Below the pieces are notes generated by a model. That model saw only the letters and a program-made list of their open reading frames with translations. It was not told the DNA's origin and did no database searches. Position numbers and translations under genes: made by a program. Below, in pieces: positions 57,736-64,000 of a stretch of 64,000 bases of DNA. The DNA comes from a virus (Duplodnaviria > Caudoviricetes). The stretch lies in the IMG/VR virus record IMGVR_UViG_3300021185_002017. One strand, given 5' to 3'. The stretch's first letter is position 1. Every line of letters begins with the position of its first letter.

Positions 57736-58814
57736 TTGCGGTTGAAGCACCTGAGAAATATCTCAGTATAACTTGGCAGGTAAACAACTTCTGTAACTAT
57801 AGTTGCAGTTATTGTAATCCTGGTAACTGGTTAGGTGATTTCCGTAACGAGGGTGAATTACAAATTTACTTGGATAACTTAGATACAATTATCGATAACT
57901 ATCAGAAAGATGGTTACAAGCATTATAAGTTTTTCTTCAGCGGCGGAGAGCCAACTGCATGGAAGCACTTTATTCCAATTGTTGAATATCTAAGAAACAA
58001 AATACCTGAAGCAACTATTGCAGTAAACACAAACCTAAGTAGACCTTTAGCATGGTGGCAGAAACATGTACACTTGTTTGACGATATCGTTGCAAGTTTC
58101 CATGTAGAGTTTGCAGACAAGGCTAGTTACAAAGAAAAGAATATGTTCTTATGTGATAAAGTAAACTATCTTAGTACTAAACTGTTATTGCATGATGATC
58201 GTTTTTGGGAAGTAGTAGAGTATGGTGAAGAACTTAAAAAAGCAATGCCTAACTACTTTATCGAATGGACACCACTGTATGACGAAATGACTGTTAACGC
58301 AGGACCTTGGGAATACGAAGATGCAGATAAAACAAAGTTTATCGAAGAACACAGTTGCGAAATGGAGTTTACAATTCCTAAGCCATACAAAGAAAGTAAA
58401 GCACAAAGTTTTAACAAGTACGGTGACGGTTCAAGTGAGCCATGTAATAGTAATGATATTATTGTACGCAGACAAAACTTCTTTGAGGGTTGGGAATGCC
58501 GTATAGGCGACAGTATCTTTATTAGTCCAACAGGACAAATTACATTAGCAAGTTGCGGTGTAAGTGGAGAAGTAGGACACATTATGAAGGACATTCGTTA
58601 TGTAGAGCCTAGAACTGTTATATGTAATAAGATGCATTGCCATTGTGGTACAGACATTATTATCCCTAAAAGACAATTGTCAGAACTAGATGAAAAGACA
58701 ATTGAAAACAGAGAAGCCGCAGAAGCACAAGAAGTAGAAAAAGTTGTTGAAGGCGAAGGATTCGATAAGACAGACGCTGAATGGGGTAATAAAACAGATG
58801 GCGTTGATCAATAA
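57717..58814 (+). CDS. Radical SAM protein with C-terminal Cys-rich (SPASM/twitch-like) domain (5)
   Basis: CNYSCSYC; FSGGEPT; C-terminal WECRIG...SCG...CNKMHCHCGTD. Confidence 0.9.
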   Translation: MDRTKLIAVEAPEKYLSITWQVNNFCNYSCSYCNPGNWLGDFRNEGELQIYLDNLDTIIDNYQKDGYKHYKFFFSGGEPTAWKHFIPIVEYLRNKIPEATIAVNTNLSRPLAWWQKHVHLFDDIVASFHVEFADKASYKEKNMFLCDKVNYLSTKLLLHDDRFWEVVEYGEELKKAMPNYFIEWTPLYDEMTVNAGPWEYEDADKTKFIEEHSCEMEFTIPKPYKESKAQSFNKYGDGSSEPCNSNDIIVRRQNFFEGWECRIGDSIFISPTGQITLASCGVSGEVGHIMKDIRYVEPRTVICNKMHCHCGTDIIIPKRQLSELDEKTIENREAAEAQEVEKVVEGEGFDKTDAEWGNKTDGVDQ

Positions 58815-60057
58815 ATCAGGCTACTGGTATTACGATACACAAGGAAGCGACAATGATGTATTTGTTAGAGAGCTCCGAGAAGTATCTATGGCTACTAGAA
58901 TTAAAGACTGGGATGCCGACCCTAATGATTATTACTTAATAGAATTCAAAACTGTACTAAGTCTACACCAAGCACCAATTGATCAGGATGTTGGTATTGC
59001 TAACATGGAACGCATTAGAGATCCTAATGACAACTGTTATTTAATATTAGAAAACTTCCACGAAGGCTTTAATCATATTATAGCACAAATATATCAATTT
59101 GTTATTGATAGACATCGCATACCACCTGAGAAAGTAATATTATATTCAGGTGCGTTAGACTTACAAGATCAAATAGAAACTTATTGTAAAGAGCATGGCC
59201 GAAAACCTTTTGGCTTTGAAAGTTATTTAGAGTTTGAATTTTCAGTACAGTCTGATTACGAAGGACTTATAGCAAACAAATATAATCCAGACGGAATGCG
59301 TCACATGGAAGAAGTGATGCAGAAACACTCTGGTGAAATGTTGCCTAACACATTGCAAAGTAAAAAGTATGATAAAAAGTTTTTAAACTTTAACAGACGC
59401 TGGCGTTTGCAAAGGCCTATGATGACTGCGTTATTAAAAGCCTCTGACTTATTAGACAAAGGCTATGTAAGTTTAGGATTATCAGACGATGGCAGATTGT
59501 GGGACACAGAGTTATCTCACATTATAGGCGAAGCACAATTATTTCACAAAGGAATACATCGTGTACTATTAGCAAATAAAGGTGCAATAGAAACAATGGG
59601 AGAACTAAAGTTAGATAAACAAGACCTTAGTATCAACCAAGCAAAATTAGAGACAACAGACCATCTAAATAAAATGTACGAAGATACTTATTTTAGTTTA
59701 GTGTCTGAGACTATATTCTTCCACAAGTATAGAGATTGGGAAGACAGTTGCTTCCTTAGCGAAAAGATATTCAAAGCAATATTATTTAAACATCCTTTTG
59801 TATTAATAGCAACACCTAACACATTAAAATACTTGAAAGGTTTAGGCTATAAAACTTATTCTCCAGTTATCGACGAAAGTTATGACAGCATAGAAGACAA
59901 TTATCTTAGAATGATTGCTATACTCAAAGAAGTTAATAGGCTATGTAAACTAGAAGGCGAAGCATTAGAAGATTTCTTAAAATACTGTAGGGTTATTGCT
60001 GAACATAATCACAATGTATTAGTAAACAAAAAACAATTTATATACAAACACTTATGA
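58798..60057 (+). CDS. Glycosyltransferase-like protein (GT-B, GT10/exostosin-like C-terminus)
   Basis: KKFLNFNRR, FSLVSET, FLSEKIFKAILFKHPF, LGYKTY and DESYD motifs resemble the donor-binding C-terminal motif of GT10-like enzymes. Start taken at ATG 58798 (track start 58744). Confidence 0.55.
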   Translation: MALINKSGYWYYDTQGSDNDVFVRELREVSMATRIKDWDADPNDYYLIEFKTVLSLHQAPIDQDVGIANMERIRDPNDNCYLILENFHEGFNHIIAQIYQFVIDRHRIPPEKVILYSGALDLQDQIETYCKEHGRKPFGFESYLEFEFSVQSDYEGLIANKYNPDGMRHMEEVMQKHSGEMLPNTLQSKKYDKKFLNFNRRWRLQRPMMTALLKASDLLDKGYVSLGLSDDGRLWDTELSHIIGEAQLFHKGIHRVLLANKGAIETMGELKLDKQDLSINQAKLETTDHLNKMYEDTYFSLVSETIFFHKYRDWEDSCFLSEKIFKAILFKHPFVLIATPNTLKYLKGLGYKTYSPVIDESYDSIEDNYLRMIAILKEVNRLCKLEGEALEDFLKYCRVIAEHNHNVLVNKKQFIYKHL

Positions 60058-60863
60058 TATACAACACAGACACAATACAAGATTTAGATCTAACACAATA
60101 CAAAAGGCACTTTACTTTTGGGTGTAGTTTTACAAATTACTATTGGCCTTCATGGGCTGATGTAATAGCAAATGCTATGCCTGATGCAGGATATGTAAAC
60201 ACTGCTAAACCTGGAGCAGGAAATAGTTATATACTTGCTAAACTAAGTCAAGCATTAAGATATTATAATATAGGCAAAGATGATTTAGTTACTATAATGT
60301 GGACATCTTTTTATAGACAAGACAGATATAGAAAAGGCGAAGGTTGGAAAAATCCTGGTAACATATACACACAAGATGACATTCCAATGGAAGTTGTAGT
60401 TAAACACTTAGATGACACAATGGGTTTTGCTGTAAGAGATTATGCTATTGTAGATACTGCAACAAACATGCTTAAAAATCATTCTTGTGATTCTATAATG
60501 ATGTGGGGAGTAGAACCTTCTCGTAATGATTACTATGGTTTAAGTCAAACACCAAATGAGGAAACTGACTGGTCAAACTTACAAGTATTTTACAAAGACT
60601 TAGATCAAATTATACTACCTGACTTATTAGGAACAGGTTGTGGCGGCCATTGGGCAGAAACTTTTTCATTCAAAGACGATCAAGGAAATAGTAGAGTAGA
60701 TTATCATCCTAAAACAGAAACATATTATAACTATTTAAAAAAGATAGGATTTAACTTGCCTGAAGATACAGGTAGTTGGGCACAGGAATGTGATAGATAC
60801 ACTGAAGCAGTAGAATTAGAATCGCAATTACAATACTTACACAAATGGTTTGACCTAGCATGA
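60054..60863 (+). CDS. SGNH-like hydrolase/acyltransferase-fold protein
   Basis: FTFGCSFT (block I Ser), NTAKPGAGN (block II/III) and DYHP (block V DxH). Confidence 0.55.
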   Translation: MIYNTDTIQDLDLTQYKRHFTFGCSFTNYYWPSWADVIANAMPDAGYVNTAKPGAGNSYILAKLSQALRYYNIGKDDLVTIMWTSFYRQDRYRKGEGWKNPGNIYTQDDIPMEVVVKHLDDTMGFAVRDYAIVDTATNMLKNHSCDSIMMWGVEPSRNDYYGLSQTPNEETDWSNLQVFYKDLDQIILPDLLGTGCGGHWAETFSFKDDQGNSRVDYHPKTETYYNYLKKIGFNLPEDTGSWAQECDRYTEAVELESQLQYLHKWFDLA

Positions 60864-62434
60864 ACATAGAATTATTAGCAAAAGAAATACAAAAGTTAGG
60901 AACAGACATAGAAATAATCACTCCTAACAAAGATGATGAGTTTGTAGTAAAACTTGTAGCAGAGTTATCGCCTCACACTGACACAGTGGTACATGACGGC
61001 GATGGAATGATAGACAAGTATTGTAAACATGATGTACAAGTATTATATAACTTAGACGGTCAGTACTTTCCATGTGAACATAACAAGACTATGGTTATAC
61101 TTGATACTGAGTCTGAAATACAATCAAATCATTTAACTTCAAGCGATAAGTGGTTTTGGAATGAAGGAAAGCAACAACTTCTAAATAGAAAAAATTCAGA
61201 TCATTATATCGATGATATGGAAAACAAAGAAGGCAATTCACGAGGCTCGTGGGCAAACATATTAAGAACAAGTTTTACACCACTAGCACCTTATGAGCAA
61301 ACAGGACAATTAGTTCCTGTGTATGCAGGTCCTATAACAGAACATGCTATTGATCAAATTACAATTTTAGATTCAGTTGAAAATGTTAAGCAAAAAATAT
61401 ATAACGGTGCTACGCATATTGCATTTGATGACAAAGATGAAGCATTGTATTGGACACGAGTTTACAGTTGTCACAGTGTTATTAAAAGATTAAAAGACAT
61501 AATGCCACCAGGTAGATTTTTATTCTTAACTGGAGCATTAAATGGTAAAGAAATATATTCTCAATGGTGTAAAGATCACGGACTAGAAGAAGAACTAATT
61601 ATGATACCGTGTGCAAGATTTGAAGCAGTATCAAAAGACATGATGTGGGATGGAGGCTTAATGCATCATCACGCAGAAATGGACTTACCTGTTTACACTG
61701 GCATTCGCCCAAAGAAATATTTATGTTACAACCGTATGCCTAGATTACACAGGTTAAAGATAGTAACAGAATTACACAAAGCAGGAATAATAAATGAAGG
61801 GCTTGTTAGTTTCTACAATGAGGATAACCATTTAGATAACCCAGGCTGGCAAGAAGGACACATAGAAGATCAAGCATGGAAAGAAACATTTGAATATTTT
61901 TATGAAAATATTTTTCCAGAACTAGACTATGTTTTAAACAAAACAGAAGAAAGATGGAACCCAGCAGATTTACAACGAGACGATATTGAACACTTTAATC
62001 AAACATATTTCAGTCTTGTAAATGAAACATTATTTTATAAAACAAGTTATCCACACAAAGGACTATGCGACATACAGCCAACAGAAAGTGTATTTTTAAG
62101 TGAGAAGATTTACAAGCCATTAGCATGTAAACACCCTTTTGTTGTTGTAGGCGTAGATAAAACACTAGAGTACTTAAAGCAGTTTGGTTATAAAACATTT
62201 GACAAATGGATAGATGAAAGTTATGATAATGAACCAGATGAAGATAAACGCATGTCTATGATTGTTGAAGAAGTTAAAAGATTAACAGCAATATCACATG
62301 AAGAATGGCAAGCAATGATAATTGAAATGATTCCTACACTACAACATAACTTTGATACATTGTGTAGAAATAAAAACTTAATCACAGCAAATATCAACTT
62401 ATCTCAAGTGTTCAGGAACGATGGTCCATACTAG
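60860..62434 (+). CDS. Glycosyltransferase-like protein (GT10/exostosin-like C-terminus), paralogue of 58798
   Basis: KKYLCYNRMPRLHR, FSLVNET, FLSEKIYKPLACKHPF, FGYKTF and DESYD motifs. Confidence 0.55.
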   Translation: MNIELLAKEIQKLGTDIEIITPNKDDEFVVKLVAELSPHTDTVVHDGDGMIDKYCKHDVQVLYNLDGQYFPCEHNKTMVILDTESEIQSNHLTSSDKWFWNEGKQQLLNRKNSDHYIDDMENKEGNSRGSWANILRTSFTPLAPYEQTGQLVPVYAGPITEHAIDQITILDSVENVKQKIYNGATHIAFDDKDEALYWTRVYSCHSVIKRLKDIMPPGRFLFLTGALNGKEIYSQWCKDHGLEEELIMIPCARFEAVSKDMMWDGGLMHHHAEMDLPVYTGIRPKKYLCYNRMPRLHRLKIVTELHKAGIINEGLVSFYNEDNHLDNPGWQEGHIEDQAWKETFEYFYENIFPELDYVLNKTEERWNPADLQRDDIEHFNQTYFSLVNETLFYKTSYPHKGLCDIQPTESVFLSEKIYKPLACKHPFVVVGVDKTLEYLKQFGYKTFDKWIDESYDNEPDEDKRMSMIVEEVKRLTAISHEEWQAMIIEMIPTLQHNFDTLCRNKNLITANINLSQVFRNDGPY

Positions 62435-62443
62435 ATTACAACT

Positions 62444-62451
62444 GGTAAATA
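62444..62451 (+). promoter_or_regulatory. Late promoter variant (GGTAAATA)
   Basis: About 24 nt upstream of ATG 62475; same variant as at 10612. Confidence 0.5.
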
Positions 62452-62474
62452 GTAGCATAATTAAAGGAATGTAA

Positions 62475-64000
62475 ATGTCTCAAGACGATAAGCCAATCGA
62501 TTTTAACCTAAACAATCTCGCAAAAGAGGCTGTTGAGTCAAACGAAAAACCTGAACTCAGTGTTGAAGATGCACGACATCAATCTATGATGGATGCTATT
62601 GCACCCTATGCAAAAAAGGTACAACAGAAGAATACTACATCTATTTACACAGATTATAAAACTAGAAAAACATCATTAATGTTAGTTATGTGTCCTGAGT
62701 GGGCACCAGAGTTTCCACCTTTTAACTTAGCAAGACTAAGTGGCGTATGTAAGAGTGCAGGATACGAAACAAGTATATTGGATTTGAATGTTAAGGCATA
62801 TAACTTGTTTAGAGATGATTGGCAACCTAATTTAAAAATACCATTTCCGTTATGGGACCCGAGTGCAAGTTGGCACTGGTTAGGCGAAACATATCTAACA
62901 GATATTCATCCGTTACTAGAGCCATTATTAATAGAAGGCATTGATAAAATTATCGAAATGAATCCTACAGCAGTAGGCTTTAGCCAATACTATATTTCAG
63001 AAGAGCCTACTAACTGGATGTCAGCAGAATTGCGTAGACGAGCTCCACACATTAAACAATTAGTAGGTGGTAGTAATGTACACAAAGATTGGTTTAACGG
63101 AAGAGGCTTATACGACTATATTGTAACAGGTGAAGGTGAAAATGCTATCTTGCAAGTATTGCAAGAACTCGAAGATGGCATAACACACGATGAACCACAA
63201 GTTTTAAAACAAACAAATGTCGAGCGTATTAATATTAATGGTATGCCGATGCCAGACTACACTGGTTTAGACTTTAACGAATACAAAGTACCTAACGGAG
63301 TAACTTCAGAGTTCTCTCGTGGTTGTACTGCTAAGTGTACTTTCTGTGAAGAAACACACTTTTGGAAATACAGACAGCGTCAAGCAGTTGATGTTATCAC
63401 TGAAGCAGAATACTTGTACTATGAAAAAGGTGCAGACATTATGTGGTTCATTGACAGTCTTGTTAATGGTAACCCTAATGAGCTAAGAGCATTTGCACTT
63501 GCATTGAGAGCAAAAGAAATTCCAATGCGTTGGACAGGCTATGCTCGTTGTGATGGTAGAATGGACGAAGAGTTTTTCAAAGACATATCAGGCAAAGGCG
63601 GCTGTATTATGTTTAACTACGGAATCGAATCTGGTAGTCAACGAGTACTAAACGATATGGCCAAAGGTGTTACTATCAAAGAGATGGAAGACAACTTTAA
63701 GTGGGGCAAGAAGTATGGTGTAATGGCTGCTACTAACTGGATTGTAGGCTTCCCAACAGAGAAGCATGATGACTTTGCACAAAGTATGCAGTTCCTATGG
63801 CGTAACAGAAACCAAAACATTAACAATGTTGGTGCTGGTGTAGGTATGGCAGTAGGGCCAGAAACTATTGTAGGACAGAATCCTCACAAATATAATGTGT
63901 CGTATCACAAATATATGAATCACTGGATAGCAAATGACTTTACTATTGCTGGAACACATGTTATGCATCGTGTTAAGTTCTTCCACATGTACTTAGACCT
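62475..64000 (+). CDS. B12-binding radical SAM protein (class B methylase-like), 3'-truncated
   Basis: Absent from the track because no stop lies in the window. AAGGA SD before MSQDDKPID; N-terminal PEWAPEFPPFNLARLSG...ILDLN and VGGSN...IVTGEGE (cobalamin-binding domain); SRGCTAKCTFC (CX3CX2C, near 63315-63350); GIESGSQRVLNDMAKG; NWIVGFPTE. Confidence 0.9.
   Translation, partial: MSQDDKPIDFNLNNLAKEAVESNEKPELSVEDARHQSMMDAIAPYAKKVQQKNTTSIYTDYKTRKTSLMLVMCPEWAPEFPPFNLARLSGVCKSAGYETSILDLNVKAYNLFRDDWQPNLKIPFPLWDPSASWHWLGETYLTDIHPLLEPLLIEGIDKIIEMNPTAVGFSQYYISEEPTNWMSAELRRRAPHIKQLVGGSNVHKDWFNGRGLYDYIVTGEGENAILQVLQELEDGITHDEPQVLKQTNVERININGMPMPDYTGLDFNEYKVPNGVTSEFSRGCTAKCTFCEETHFWKYRQRQAVDVITEAEYLYYEKGADIMWFIDSLVNGNPNELRAFALALRAKEIPMRWTGYARCDGRMDEEFFKDISGKGGCIMFNYGIESGSQRVLNDMAKGVTIKEMEDNFKWGKKYGVMAATNWIVGFPTEKHDDFAQSMQFLWRNRNQNINNVGAGVGMAVGPETIVGQNPHKYNVSYHKYMNHWIANDFTIAGTHVMHRVKFFHMYLD

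Noticed and set aside
1-64000. Stop-codon reassignment (alternative genetic code), as seen in some large phages
   Set aside because: Conserved genes are full length under the standard code and end in TAA, TAG or TGA at expected positions, with tight packing.
1-64000. CRISPR mini-array, tRNA genes, IS/transposase, diversity-generating retroelement
   Set aside because: No regularly spaced repeats, cloverleaf/CCA ends, transposase or reverse-transcriptase motifs were seen by eye. A tRNAscan/CRT run would be definitive.

Overview
AT-rich fragment of a large T4-related (distant, jumbo-like) myovirus genome in the standard genetic code, with bacterial Shine-Dalgarno sites. From left to right it contains: (1) a tape-measure gene running off the left end, divergent from a gp26-like hub/chaperone gene that carries an in-frame -1 slippery site and a downstream stem; (2) a minus-strand block with gp55 late sigma, gp47/gp46 nuclease, a GIY-YIG endonuclease and a ~500-nt structured non-coding region; (3) a contractile-tail baseplate module (gp48/54-like, gp53, hub, gp5-like spike with a degenerate lysozyme fold, gp25, a 1400-aa gp6, a 5616-aa giant virion protein, fibre genes); (4) a ~21.5-kb accessory biosynthetic region with five glycosyltransferase-like genes, two UDP-glucose-dehydrogenase homologues, a 2OG-Fe(II)-like oxygenase, an SGNH-like protein, five tandem twitch/SPASM radical-SAM genes and a B12-binding radical-SAM gene running off the right end. 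nnTAAATA (mostly GATAAATA) late-promoter motifs precede both structural genes and several of the biosynthetic genes. No tRNA, rRNA, CRISPR array or IS element was recognised. All product calls come from motif recognition by eye; no database search was run.
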